A stretch of 64,000 nucleotides of DNA from Antedon mediterranea (lineage: Eukaryota; Animalia; Echinodermata), in assembly GCF_964355755.1 (NCBI RefSeq), contig NC_092676.1, positions 12,092,671 through 12,156,670 of the forward strand. The letters are read 5' to 3'. A program made the position numbers and the translations under genes. The first letter of the stretch is position 1, and every line of letters starts with the position of its first letter. Under the pieces are notes generated by a model, which did no database searches, was not told where the DNA came from, and was given only the letters and a program-made list of their open reading frames with translations. Positions 26,601 through 41,100 of the stretch are shown piece by piece.

Positions 26601-29600
26601 TTCTGATTTTAAAAAAGGTCCACTTCTTTAGGCCTGACATTTACAACCCTCAAAATATCTCATTAAAAAAAAAAAATTTATTTTCAATTAAAAAAAAAAA
26701 GAAAAAAGAAATATCCCTAGAGGTTCGAACCCACTACTGAGAGCACTCAGACCTGAGTATTACCCGTTACGCCACAAACCAGTAGATGACCGAGGAGCTG
26801 ATAATAGTCTATTTATATAAAATGAATGATCAATCAATGAAAAATAATGCCATGCAACTTTGTTTCTGATTTTAAAAAGGTCCACTTGTTTAGGCCTGAC
26901 ATTTACAACCCTCAAAATATCTCACTTTCAAAAACAATATTTATTTTCAATTAAAAAAAAAAAAAAAATTTTAGAGGTGCGAACCCACTACTGCGAGCAC
27001 TCAAACTTTAGCATTCCCCGCTACGCCACAAACCAGTAGATGACTGAGGAGCTGATAATAGTCTATTTATATAAAATGAATGATCAATCAATGAAAAATA
27101 ATGCCATGCAACTTTATTTCTGATTTTAAAAAAGGTCCACTTGTTTAGGCCTGACATTTACAACCCTCAAAATATCTCACTTTCAAAAACAATATTTATT
27201 TTCAATAAAAAAAAAAGAAAAAAAATCTTTAGAGGTGCGAACCCACTACTGCGAGCACTCAAACTTTAGCATTACCCACTACGCCACAAACCATTAGATG
27301 ACTGAAGAGCTAATAATACTCTATTTATATGAAATGAATAATAAATCAATGAAAAATAATGCCATGCTACTTTTTTTCTGATTTTAAAAAAGATCCATTT
27401 GTTTAGGCCTGACATTTACAACCCTCAAAATATCTCATTCTCAAAAAAAATATTTATTTTCAATAAGAAAAAAAAAAGCAATATCCCTAGAGGTTGGCAC
27501 CCGCTACTAAGAGCACTAAAACCTGGGTATTACCCGTTACGCCACAAACCAGTAGATGACTGAAGTGCTGATAATATGAAATTAATGATCAATCAATGAA
27601 AAATAATGCCATGCAACTTTGTTTCTGATTTTAAAAAGGTCCACTTCTTTAGGCCTGACATTTACAACCATCAAAATATCTCATTTAAAACAAAATATTT
27701 ATTTTCAATAAGAAAAAAAAGCAATATCCCTAGAGGTTGGAACCCGCTACTGAGAGCACTCAAACCTGGGTATTACCCGTTACGCCACAAACCAGTAGAT
27801 GACTGAAGTGCTGATAATATGGCATTCAACTTTGTTTCTGATTTTAAAAAAGATCCATTTGTTTAGGCCTGACATTTACAACCCTCAAAATATCTCATTC
27901 TCAAAAAAAAATATTTATTTTCAATAAGAAAAAAAAAAGCAATATCCCTAGAGGTTGGAACCCGCTACTAAGAGCACTCAAACCTGAGTATCACCCGTTA
28001 CGCCACAAACCAGTAGATGACTGAAGTGCTGATAATATGAAATTAATGATCAATCAATGAAAAATAATGCCATGCAACTTTGTTTCTGATTTTAAAAAAG
28101 GTCCACTTCTTTAGGCCTGACATTTACAACCCTCAAAATATCTCATTAAAAAAAAAAATATTTATTTTCAATTAAAAAAAAAAAAGAAAAAAGAAATATC
28201 CCTAGAGGTTCGAACCCACTACTGAGAGCACTCAGACTTGAGTATTACCCGTTACGCCACAAACCAGTAGATAATGCCATGCAACTTTGTTTCTGATTTT
28301 AAAAAGGTCCACTTCTTTAGGCCTGACATTTACAACCCTCAAAATATCTCATTTAAAACAAAATATTTATTTTCAATAAGAAAAAAAAAAGCAATATCCC
28401 TAGAGGTTGGAACCCGCTACTGAGAGCACTCAAACCTGGGTATTACCCGTTACGCCACAAACCAGTAGATGACTGAAGTGCTGATAATATGGCATTCAAC
28501 TTTGTTTCTGATTTTAAAAAAGATCCATTTGTTTAGGCCTGACATTTACAACCCTCAAAATATCTCATTCTCAAAAAAAAATATTTATTTTCAATAAGAA
28601 AAAAAAAAGCAATATCCCTAGAGGTTGGAACCCGCTACTAAGAGCACTCAAACCTGAGTATCACCCGTTACGCCACAAACCAGTAGATGACTGAAGTGCT
28701 GATAATATGAAATTAATGATCAATCAATGAAAAATAATGCCATGCAACTTTGTTTCTGATTTTAAAAAAGGTCCACTTCTTTAGGCCTGACATTTACAAC
28801 CCTCAAAATATCTCATTTAAAAAAAAATATTTATTTTCAATTAAAAAAAAAAAAGAAAAAAGAAATATCCCTAGAGGTTCGAACCCACTACTGAGAGCAC
28901 TCAGACTTGAGTATTACCCGTTACGCCACAAACCAGTAGTAGATGACCGAGGAGCTGATAATAGTCTATTTATATGAAATGAATGATCAATCAATGAAAA
29001 ATAATGTTATGCAACTTTGTTTCTGATTTAAAAAAAGGTCCACTTCTTTAGGCCTGACATTTACAACCCTCAAAATATCTCATTTTCAAACAAAATATTT
29101 ATTTTCAATTAAAAAAAAAAGCAAAAAGAAATATCCCAAGAGGTTTGAACCCACTACTGAGAGCACTCAGACCTGAGTATTACCCGTTACGCCATAAACC
29201 AGTAGATGACTGAGGAGCTGATAATAGTCTATTTATATAAAATGAATGATCAATAAATTAAAAATAATGCCATGCAACTTTGTTTCTGATTTTAAAAAAG
29301 GTCCACTTGTTTAGGCCTGACATTTACAACCCTCAAAATATCTCACTTTCAAAAACAATATTTATTTTCAATAAAAAAAAAAAAAAAAAATCTTTAGAGG
29401 TGCGAACCCACTACTGCGAGCACTCAAACTTCAGCATTACCCGCTACGCCACAAACCAGTATATGACTGAAGAGCTAATAATACTCTATTTATATGAGAT
29501 GAATAATAAATCAATGAAAAATAATGCCATGCAACTTTGTTTCTGATTTTAAAAAAGATCCATTTGTTTAGGCCTGACATTTACAACCCTCAAAATATCT

Positions 29601-32600
29601 CATTCTCAAAAAAAATATTTATTTTCAATAAGAAAAAAAAAAGCAATATCCCTAGAGGTTGGAATCCGCTACTAAGAGCACTCAAATCTGGGTATTTCCC
29701 GTTACGCCAAAAACCAGTAGATGACTGAAGAGCTGATAATATGAAATTAATGAACAATAAATGAAAAATAATGCCATGTAACTTTGTTTCTGATTTTAAA
29801 AAAGGTCCACTTGTTTAGGCCTGACATTTACAACCCTCAAAATATCTTACTTTCAAAAACAATATTTATTTTCAATTTTAAAAAAAAAATAAAAAATCTT
29901 TAGAGGTGCGAACCCACTACTGCGAGCACTCAAACTTCAGCATTACCCGCTACGCCACAAACCAGTATATGACTGAAGAGCTAATAATACTCTATTTATA
30001 TGAGATGAATAATAAATCAATGAAAAATAATGCCATGCAACGTTGTTTCTGATTTAAAAAAGGTCCACTTCTTTAGGCCTGACATTTACAACCCTCAAAA
30101 TATCTCATTTTCAAAAAAAATATTTATTTTCAATTAAAAAAAAAAGAAAAAAGAAATATCCCTAGAGGTTCGAACCCACTACTGAGAGCACTAAGACCTG
30201 AGTTTTACCCGTTACGCCACAAACCAGTAGATGTCTGAGGAGCTGATAATAGTCTATTTATATGAAATTAATGATCAATCAATGAAAAATAATGCCATGC
30301 AACTTTGTTTCTGATTTTAAAAAAGGTCCACTTGTTTAGGCCTGACATTTACAACCCTCAAAATATCTCACTTTCAAAAACATTATTTATTTTCAATTTA
30401 AAAAAAAAAAAAAAAAAAATATCCCTAGAGGTTCAACCCACTACTCAGAGCACTCAAACCTGAGCATTAACCGTTACGACACAAACCAGTAGATGACTGA
30501 AGAGCTGATAATAGTCTATTATATGAAATGAATGATCAATCAATGGAAAATAATGTTATGCAACTTTGTTTCTGATTTAAAAAAAGCTCCACTTCTTTAG
30601 GCCTCCTGACATTTACAACCCTCAAAATATCTCATTTTCAAACAAAATATTTATTTTCAATTTAAAAAAAAAGAAAAAAGAAATATCCCTAGAGGTTCGA
30701 AACCACTATTGAGAGAACTCAAACCTGAGCATTACCGGTTACGGCACAAACCAGTAGATTTTTTATTTTATTTTATTTTATTCAATTTCCAGGTAACATA
30801 CAAAAATCATAAACAAGATACGGCATCATTCAACAAAACAGAACAAAAGTACTATCAGCACCTGCGGGTAACCAAAAGTGGATCAGTTCAAAAGAACTGC
30901 ACTGTCGAGTGGCTTTCCCAACTAATAGTACGAAAAACGCAATAGATATAAAAACACAGTGATAGTCTAGATGAATTCGATATCAGTAATACATTTTTTC
31001 AAATCCCTTCGAAACCCCCCAAAGTTAAACAGGACTTTGTTACGAACTTCATGCGGGATACATTCCCATATTCGAGGGAAATTAACAAACAGGGAGTATT
31101 TAAATGCATTAGTTCTAGCATACATGTGTTTAAAGGTGAGGGACTGAAGTGCTGATAATATGAAATTAATGATCAATCAATGAAAAATTATGTTATGCAA
31201 CTTTGTTTCTGATTTTAAAAAAGGTCCACTTCTTTAGGCATGACATTTACAACCCTCAAAATATCTCATTTAAAAAAAATATATATATTTTCAATTAAAA
31301 AAAAAACGAGAAAAGAAATATCCCTAGAGGTTCGAACACACTACTGAGAGCACTCATACCTGAGTATTACCCGTTACGTCACAAACCAGTAGATGATCGA
31401 GGAGCTGATAATAGTCTATTTATATGAAATGAATAATAAATCAAGGAAAAATAATGCCATGCAACTTTGTTTCTGATTTTAAAAAAGGTCCACTTGTTTA
31501 GGCCTGACATTTACAACCCTCAAAATATCTCACTTTAAAAAACAATATTTATTTTCAATTAAAAAAAAAAGAGAAAAAAATATCCCTAGAGGTTCGAAAC
31601 CACTATTGAGAGCACTCAAACCTGAGCATTACCGTACCCGTTACGTCACAAACCAGTAGATGACTGAAGAGCTGATAATAGTGTATTATATGAAATGAAT
31701 GATCAATCAATGGAAAATAATGTTATGCAACTTTGTTTCTGATTTTAAAAAAGTTTCACTTCTTTAGGCCTCCTGACATTTACAACCCTCAAAATATCTC
31801 ATTTTCAAACAAAATATTTATTTTCAATTAAAAAAAAAAGAAAAAAGAAATATCCCTAGAGGTTTGAAACCACTATTGAGAGAACTCAAACCTGAGCATT
31901 ACCGGTTACGCCACAAACCAGTAGATGACTGAAGAGATCATAATAGTCTATTTATATGAAATGAATGATCAATCAATGAAAAATAATGTTATGCAACTTT
32001 GTTTCTGATTTTTAAAAAGGTCCACTTGTTTAGGCCTGACATTTACAACTATAACAATATCTCACTTTCAAAAACAATATTTATTTTCAAATAAAAAAAA
32101 AAGAAAAAAAATATCCCTAGAAGTTCGAACCCACTATTGAAATCACTCAAACCTGAGCATTACCCGTTACGCCGCAAACCAGTAGATGACTGAAGAGCTG
32201 ATAATAGTCTATTTATATGAGATAGATGATCAATCAATGAAAAATAATGCCATGCAACTTTGTTTCTGATTTTAAAAAAGGTCCACTTGTTTAGGCCTGA
32301 CATTTACAACCCTCAAAATATCTCACCTTCAAAAACAAAATTTGTTTTCAATTAAATAAAAAAAGAAAAAAAATACCCGTGTCGGTTCGAACCCACTGCT
32401 GAGATCATTACCCGCTACGCCACAAACCAGTAGATGACTGAAGAGCTAATAATACTCTATTTATATGAAATGAATAATAAATCAATGAAAAATAATGCCA
32501 TGCAACTTTGTTTCTGATTTTAAAAAAGGTCCACTTGTTTAGGCCTGGCACTTACAACCCTCAAAATATCTAACTTTCAAAAACAATATTTATTTTCAAT

Positions 32601-35600
32601 CAAAAAAAAAAAAAAATATCCCAAGATGTTTAAACCCACTTCTGAGAGAACTCAAACCTGAGCATTACCGGTTACGCCACAAACCAGTAGATGACTGAAG
32701 CGATCATAATAGTCTATTTATATGAAATGAATGATTAATCAATGTAAAATGATGTTATGCAACTTTGTTTCTGATTTTTAAAAAGGTCCACTTGGTTAGG
32801 CATGACATTTACAACCATAAAAATATCTCACTATCAAAAACAATATTTATTTTCAATTAAAAAAAAAAAGAAAAAAATTGTCCTAGAGGGTCGAACCCAC
32901 TACTGAGAGAACTCAAACCTGAGCTTTACCGGTTATGCCACAACCCAGTAGATGAGTGAAGAGCTGATAATAGTCTATTGATATGAAATGAATGTTCAAT
33001 CAATGAAAAATAATGTTATGCAACTTTGTTTCTGATTTTAAAAAAGGTCCACTTGTTTAGGCCTGACATTTACAACTATAACAATATCTCACTTTCAAAA
33101 ACAATACTTATTTTCAAATAAAAAACAAAGAAGTTCGAACCCACTATTGAAATCACTCAAGCCTGAGCATTACCCTTTACGCCACAGACCAGTAGATGAC
33201 TGAGGAGCTGATAATAGTCAATATATATGAAATGAATGATCAATCAATGAAAAATAATGCCATGCAACTTTGTTTCTGATTTTAAAAAAGGTCCACTTGT
33301 TTAGGCCTGACATTTACAACCCTCAAAATATCTCACTTTCAAAAACAATATTTATTTTCAATTAAAAAAAAAATAAAAATCCCTAGAGGTTCGAACCCAC
33401 TACTGAGAGCACTCAAACCTGAGTATTACACGTTACGCCACAAACCAGTAGATGACTGAGGAGCTGATAATACTCTATTTATATGAAATAAATAATAAAT
33501 CAATGAAAAATATGCCATGCAACTTTGTTTCTGATTTTAAAAAAGGTCCACTTGTTTAGGCCTGATATTTACAACCCTCAAAATATCTCACTTTCAAAAA
33601 CAATATTTAATTTAAATAAAAAAATTTAAAAAAAACTCCCTAGAGGTTCGAACCCACTACTGAGAGCACTCAAACCTGAGTATTACACGTTACGCCACAA
33701 ACCAGTAGATGACTGAGGAGCTGATAATAGTCTATTTATATGAAATAAATAATAAATCAATGAAAAATATGCCGTGCAACTCTGTTTCTGATTTTAAAAA
33801 AGGTCCACTTGTTTAGGCCTGATATTTACAACCCTCAAAATATCTCACTTTCAAAAACAATATTTATTTTCAATTAAAAAAAAAAATAAAAATCCCTAGA
33901 GGTTCGAACCCACTACTGAGAGCACTCAAACCTGAGTATTACACGTTACGCCACAAACCAGTAGATGACTGAGGAGCTGATAATAGTCTATTTATATGAA
34001 ATTAATGATCAATCAATGAAAAATAATGCCATGTAACTTTGTTTCTGATTTTAAAAAAGGTCCACTTGTTTAGGCCTGACATAAACAACCCTCAAAATAT
34101 CTCACTTTCAAAAACCATATTTATTTTCAATTTAAAAAAAAAAAAAAAATATCCCTAGAGGTTCGACCCACTACCTTGAGCACTCAAACCTGAGCATTAC
34201 CCGTTACGCCACAAACCAGTAGATGACTGATGAGCTGATAATAGTCTATTTATATGAAATGAATGATCAATCAATGAAAAATAATGCCATGCAACTTTGT
34301 TTCTGATTTTAAAAAAGATCCATTTGTTTAGGCCTGACATTTACAACCATCAAAATATCTCATTTTCAAACAAAATATTTATTTTCAATTTAAAAAAAAA
34401 TAAATAAAAATATCCCAAGAGGTTCAAACCCACTACTGAGAGAACTCAAATCTGACCATTACCAGTAGATGACTGAAGAGCTGATAATATGAAATTAATG
34501 ATCACTCAATGAAAAATAATGCCATACAACTTTGTTTCTGATTTTAAAAAAGGTCCACTTCTTTAGGCCTAACATTTACAACCCTCAAAATATCTCATTT
34601 TCAACAAAAATATTTATTTTCAATTAAAAAAAAAAGAAAAAAGAAATATCCCTAGAGGTTCGAACCCACTACTGAGAGCACTCAGACCTGAGTATTACCC
34701 GTTACGCCACAAACCAGTAGATAAATGAGGAGCTGATAATAGTCTATTTATATGAAATTAATGATCAATCAATGAAAAATAATGCTATGCAACTTTGTTT
34801 TTGATTTTAAAAAACGTCCACATGTTTAGGCCTGAAATTTACAACCCTAAAATATCTCACTTTCAAAAACAATATTTATTTTCAATTAAAAAAAAAAGAA
34901 AAAAATATCCCTAGAAGTTCGAACCCACTATTGAAATCACTCAAGCCTGAGCATTACCCGTTACGCGGCAAACCAGTAGATGACTGAAGAGCTGATAATA
35001 GTCTATTTAAATGAAATAGATGATCAATCAATGAAAAATAATGCCATGCAACTTTGTTTCTGATTTTAAAAAGGTTCACTTGTTTAGGCTTGACAGTTGC
35101 AACCCTCAAAATATCTCACTTTCAAAAACCATATTAATTTTCAATAAAAAAAAAAGAAGAAATAAAATACACGTATAGGTCCGAACCCACTGCTGAGAGC
35201 ACTCAAACCTGAGCGTTACCCGTTACGCCAAAAACCAGTAGATGACTGAAGAGCTGATAATACTCTATTTATATGAAATAAATAATAAATCAATTAAAAA
35301 TAATGCCATGCAACTTTGTTTCTGATTTTAAAAAAGGTCCACTTGTTTAGGCCTGACATTTACAACCCTCAAAATATCTCACTTTCAAAAACAATATTTA
35401 TTTTCAATTTATAAAAAAAAAAAACCAAGAGGTTCGAACCCACTACTGAGAGCACTCAAACCTGAGTATTACCCGTTACGACACAAACCAGTAGATGACT
35501 GAGGAGCTGATAATAGTCTATATATATGAAATTAATGATCAATCAATGAAAAATATGCCATGCAACTTTGTTTCTGATTTTAAAAAAAGGTCCACTTGTT

Positions 35601-37150
35601 TAGGCCTGATATTTACAACCCTCAAAATATCTCACTTTCAAAAACAATATTTATTTACAATAAAAAAAAAAAATAAAAATCCCTAGAGGTTCGAACCCTC
35701 TACTGAGAGCACTAAAACCTGAGTATCATACGTTACGCCACAAACCAGTAGATGACTGAGGAGCTGATAATAGTCTATTTATATGAAATTAATGATCAAT
35801 CGATGAAAAATAATGCCATGCAACTTTGTTTCTGATTTTAAAAAAGGTCCACTTGTTTAGGCCTGACATTTACAACCCTCAAAATATCTCACTTTCAAAA
35901 ACAATATTTATTTTCAATAAAAAAAAGAAAGAAATAAAATACCCGTATAGGTTCGAACCCACTGCTGAGAGCACTCAAACCTGAGCATTACCCGTTACGC
36001 TACAAGCCAGTAGATGACTGCAGAGCTGACAATACTCTATTTATATGAAATAAATAATAAATCAATGAAAATAATGGCATGCAACTTTGTTTCTGATTTT
36101 AAAAAAGGTCCACTTGTCTTGGCCTTATATTTACAACCCTCAAAATATCTCACTTTCAATTTGATCATTCATTTCATATATATAGACTATTATCAGCTCC
36201 TCAGTCATCTACTGGTTTGTGGCGTAACGGGTAATGCTCAGGTTTGAGTGCTCTGAGTAGTGGGTCGAAACTCTAGGGATATTTTTTTTCTTTTTTTTTA
36301 AATTGAAAATAAATATGGTTTTTGAATGTGAGATATTTTGAGGGTTGTAAATATCAGGCCTAAACAAGTGGACCTTTTTTAAAATCAGAAACAAAGTTAC
36401 ATGGCTTTATTTTTCATTGATTTATTATTCATTTCATATAAATAGACTATTATCAGCTCTTCAGTCATCTACTGGTTTGTGGCGTAACGGGTAATTCTCA
36501 GGTTTGAGTGTTCTGAGTAGTGGGTCGAACCTCTAGGGATAATTTTTCCTTTTTTTTAAAATTGAAAATAAATATGGTTTTTGAAAGTGAGATATTTTGA
36601 GGGTTTTAAATGTCAGGCCTAAACAAATGGATCTTTTTTAAAGTCAGAAACAAAGTTGCAAGGCATTATTTTTCATTGATTGATCATTCATTTTATATAA
36701 ATAGACTATTATCAGCTCTTCAGTAATATACTGGTTTGTAGCTTAACGGGTAATGCTCAGATTTGAGTGCTCTTAGTAGTGGGTTCGAACATCTAGAGAT
36801 TTTTTTTTTTTTTTAAATTGAAAATAAATATTGTTTTTGAAAGTGAGATATTTTGAGGGTTGTAAATATCAGGCCTAAACAAGTGGACCATTTTTAAAAT
36901 CAGAAACAAAGTTGCATAACATTATTTTTCATTGACTGATCATTCATTTCAAATAAATAGACTATTATCAGTTCACTCATCTACTGTTTGTGGCGTAACC
37001 GGTAATGCTCAGGTTTGAGTTCTCTCAGTAGTGGGTTCGAACCTCTAGGAATATTTTTTTCTTTTTTTTTTAATTGAAAATAAATATTCTTTTTGATAGT
37101 GAGATATTTTTATGGTTGTAAATGTTATGCCTAACCAAGTGGACATTTTT
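23660..37150. repeat. ~260-bp satellite with a tRNA-like Pol III cassette, array 1 (~50 monomers); orientation flips at ~36160
   Basis: Monomer GATGACTGAAGAGCTGATAATAGTC...GGTCCACTTGTTTAGGCCTGACATTTACAACCCTC...A-tract...CCCTAGAGGTTCGAACCCACTACTGAGAGCACTCAAACCTGAGCATTACCCGTTACGCCACAAACCAGTA. Confidence 0.95.
30760..31141 (-). mobile_element. 5'-truncated non-LTR retrotransposon 3' end (CR1/L2-like) inserted in the satellite
   Basis: Interrupts CCAGTAGAT|GACTGAAG. The minus strand encodes ARTNAFKYSLFVNFPRIWECIPHEVR...FRRDLK*, resembling the post-RT C-terminus of CR1/L2-group LINEs, followed by a ~180-bp 3' UTR and an (AAAAT)n tail. No TSD seen. Confidence 0.72.
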
Positions 37151-38001
37151 AAAGAATTGCACTTATACTTATACTTATTACCATACATAATCACCTATGA
37201 TATTTATGATATTTGTTAAAAATTCAACTATACAGATGCGAATTCAAAAGTTTAGGTAGAGTTTTCTACTTTAAAAACTCGACTTCGTATATGCCTAAGG
37301 CCTAGCCCGGCGGCGGAATTAGTCTAATTTTCGAAATCGGTCTGGAAATTGGCATCTTTGCAAATGTTCTATATTTGATCTATTTCACTCTCCATTAACC
37401 CCATAAAAAAATCATCGGAGACAAACTATCTGTTTAAAACATGTTTATTCTGGGACGGTGCGGCCATACACACCAACTACCATCCATAAATGTTTATTCA
37501 TAACATATTACAATACAATATCTTGCATGAATCGGACATTTCGCTTCAAATGTAGCAACATTGATTAACAAAATCAAAATTCAACAGTGTGGCGTGTTGA
37601 CCGCGAGTTACTAACAATACCATCTTTCCCACTACACCTGCAAAAACTCATTTGCATAATAACAAACGGCATACCAAACATACATTATCTTCTAAACACG
37701 TAACGAAGATAAATTAATTTCTTTTTACATTAAATTGAGGGCGCTAAACATAAAATTTACGAGATCAAATACATATAGCGAAAGCCAAAAAAAAATTTTA
37801 AATGTGCTCTCCCTGCCTCAGCACTAAGGCCCTGCCACAGCCTTGGGGTCGTTTCCACCACATCATCACCAGATGCATTGCTTGTGCCTTCTCAAGATGT
37901 GTGGTGCAAAGGGGGAAGTAAAATCTGTGAACCCCAAACACTGTTGGTCGCATACCTTTAACTCTATTCCACCGACCAACGTGGGAATCGAACCCACGAC
38001 A
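37150..38001. repeat. Block Y, copy 1 (continues at 43355-43554 after the LINE; paralogue at ~51910-52937)
   Basis: Near-identical to copy 2 from AAGAATTGCACTTATACTTATAC to GGAATCGAACCCACGACA. Confidence 0.92.
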
Positions 38002-38171
38002 TTTTTTTTTTTTTTTTTTTTTTTTTTTATTTCATTTCATCACATACATAATACAAAATTAATATATAAAGGCAACGTAACTATTAAAACGATATAATAC
38101 TCTCTCAAAAATAAGAGAGTAATGAAATTAAAGAAAAAAAAAATGTATCGCAAAAATACACTTAATAATAA

Positions 38172-41100
38172 TCATTTTGCTAATAATATGGTTGCCTTGT
38201 ATTTTTGGTAAATGTGAAATATATGATTATAATTAAGTAATTGTTTTTTGATTTTGCAACTAAATATGTACCACTTTGTAATTAAAATTAAAATGTTTGC
38301 ATCACTGTGTGTTTTTCCAAAACCAAAACATATACTTTCTTTGGTGATAATTAAGTTATTGTTGATATTTCGATACATATATTGTTTTACATTTTCCCAA
38401 ATGTTCTTTACCAGATCACATTCAAAGAACATATGTAGCAGCGTTTCCTGCTTTTCCTTGCAAAAACTACACATTGGTGAATCGACCTTTGACATCTTAA
38501 AGAGCATTGTATTTGTATAAATTATACGATGAATAAATTTAAATTGAACATTTTTTAGCTTAGTGTCATTTGTACAGGCGTGTAAATTTGAGAAAAGGTT
38601 TTTCCAATTAAGTTTGTTGTCAAACTCCTTTTCCCATTTGGATTCAATTCCAATTGGCTCTTCAACATTTTTTAATATAATGTGTTTATAGACATAATGA
38701 CAATTTCTCGTTTTCACAGAAATGAATGTCTGTAATTTGGATTCAACTTCATTAGTTGTGTTTATACCTTGTTCAATTAATTTCTGTTTCCAGAGCTTTG
38801 GAATTGAATTTACAATCTGGTGATATAATAAGAAGTCTGGTTTAAAATTATATTTTTGGTTAAATTCGTCTAGTTCTAATATTTTCCCTTCTTTGTTCAC
38901 GATATCTTTTACATAGTTTACATTTTTTTAACTTTAAATTCTCTTTTATCAAAACATGAGTTGTTCCATAAAGATTGATTTAAGATGTCCTCTATCGTAT
39001 ATGGTTCTACAAAATTGTATTCACTCCACGCAGAGAGTATATCTTTATGGAACCTTTCAAATTGTTTTAATATTTTTGAAGATTTAGAAAAGTTGGTTTC
39101 GAAAACAATATTTCCTCCAACCTCTTTAATCTTACTTTTTAAAAACACTTTCCACTTGGATTGATTTCCATCAAGATATCTTTTCACCCAACATGATTTG
39201 AGAGATGTACAGTAACTCTTAATATGGGGAATTTTTAACCCTCCTTCATCAAAATTGTTAAGCATGACTTTTCTTTTGACTTTTTCGGGTTTTCCGTTCC
39301 ATATAAATTTAAAAATTTTACTTTGAATATCTTGAAGGAAACAATCGGGTGGGTCTGGTAAATTTGAGAAAACATACGTGAATATCGGGAAAAACAGTGA
39401 CTTAATAATAGTTGCTTTTCCAAACAGAGTAAGTGAGCGTTGTTTCCACATATTTAATACTTGTTCAGCATTTTTAGCCTTATCTGGAAAATTGAGTCTG
39501 AAAATATCATTAAAATTACAAGAAATATTAACACCCAAGTATTTTACTGGGCCTTTGGTCCATGAAATACTTTTCTCAGATGGCGTTTTATAGTCGCAGT
39601 TTCTTAACGATCCTATTCTCATAATGTTACTTTTTTCATAATTAATTCTGAGTCCAGAATATATAGAAAATTCATCCAGTATATCTATAATCGGTTTAAT
39701 TGAGTTTTGGTCTTTGAGAAAAAACACAGTGTCATCTGCAAATTGGCTAATTCTTATGTCTACATTATTGTACTCTATACCTTTAAATGTGTCTGATTGA
39801 CGTACCATGTTACCTAGTGTTTCTGCACAAATTATAAAAAGATATGGGGATAAGGGACATCCTTGACGCAGGCCTCGTTTTAAATTGAAGAATTTTGATG
39901 TTACCCCGTTATTTATAACGCAACTAACAATGTCTTTATATAATATTTTTATCCAATTTATCATATTTTTACCAAAGCCAAATCTCTTAAGCGACATATC
40001 AAGGAAGTCCCATTTCACCTTATCGAAAGCCTTTTCGAAATCTACAAAAAATAGTAAGTTTGGCTTGTTGTGCATTTCTGCATATTTTATTACATCATAG
40101 ACTAATCTTATGTTTTCTCCAATATATCTGCCTTTAAGAAAGCCCGTTTGATCAGGATTAATTACTGATGGCAGCACACATTTTAAACGAGTCGCAATGG
40201 CTTTTGCTAAAATTTTATAATCCACATTTAAAAGCGAGATGGGACGCCAGTTTTTCAATAATAGCGGAGATTTATCTTTTTTTGGTATAAGTGATATCAC
40301 CCCTCGTTTCTGGGAGATACTTAAAGACCCGGATTGGAAAGAATAATGGTAAGCGTTAATTAGCGTATCTTTTATATCATTCCAAAATAGTTTATAAAAC
40401 TCGGCAGGAAAACCATCTGTCCCAGGGGTTTTATTGTTATCCATCGCCTTTAATGCTTCTAAACATTCTGTATCTCTAAGGGGCTGGTCACATATAGATT
40501 CATCATCTTTATTGATTTTATCTATGTGTATCTTGTCAAAAGTATCAGCAGGGTTGACATTGTTATTTTCGCCTTCAAAACTATATAATGATTCATAGAA
40601 TCGTTTTTCTTCATTTATTATATCGTCGGGGTTAGTTATGTCTCCATTATCTGTTGTAATTTTAGTTATATGCTTTTTATTATAATTCCTCCTCTCTAAA
40701 TTAAGAAAATATTTCGTGCTTTTTTCTCCTTCTTCTATCCAACGGGCTTTGGATCGAATCAGTGAGCCACGTGTTCTAATTTCATAGATTGATTCTAGTT
40801 CGTTTCTTTTAATTTGGATCATTTCGGTTATTTTTTCATTACTGTTTACGCAATATTGCTCTTCTAAGGTTTTGATTTCATTGTTTAATCGATCCACGTC
40901 TTTTTTAATTGTTTTATTTAGTCTACCAGAATACGACATTGATGTTCTCCTTGTATTACATTTTATCATTTCCCATACAGTATGTGGGTTATTTTCTAAA
41001 CATTCTTCTTTTGTGTTTTTTATGGTTTCTTTAATTTCTTTAACGTATTGTGGGTCACTTAAAAGGCTTGTATTCAGTTTCCAGAAACCTGACCCTCGTT

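Noticed and set aside
23660-37150. Satellite as a functional tRNA gene tandem array
   Set aside because: A/B boxes and the D-stem are present, but the acceptor, anticodon and T stems do not pair; reported only as tRNA-like.
37843-38097. ORF MGSFPPHHHQMHCLC... (also 52601-52792)
   Set aside because: Antisense to the putative SINE body, non-ATG start, no domain; the two copies arise from the duplication.
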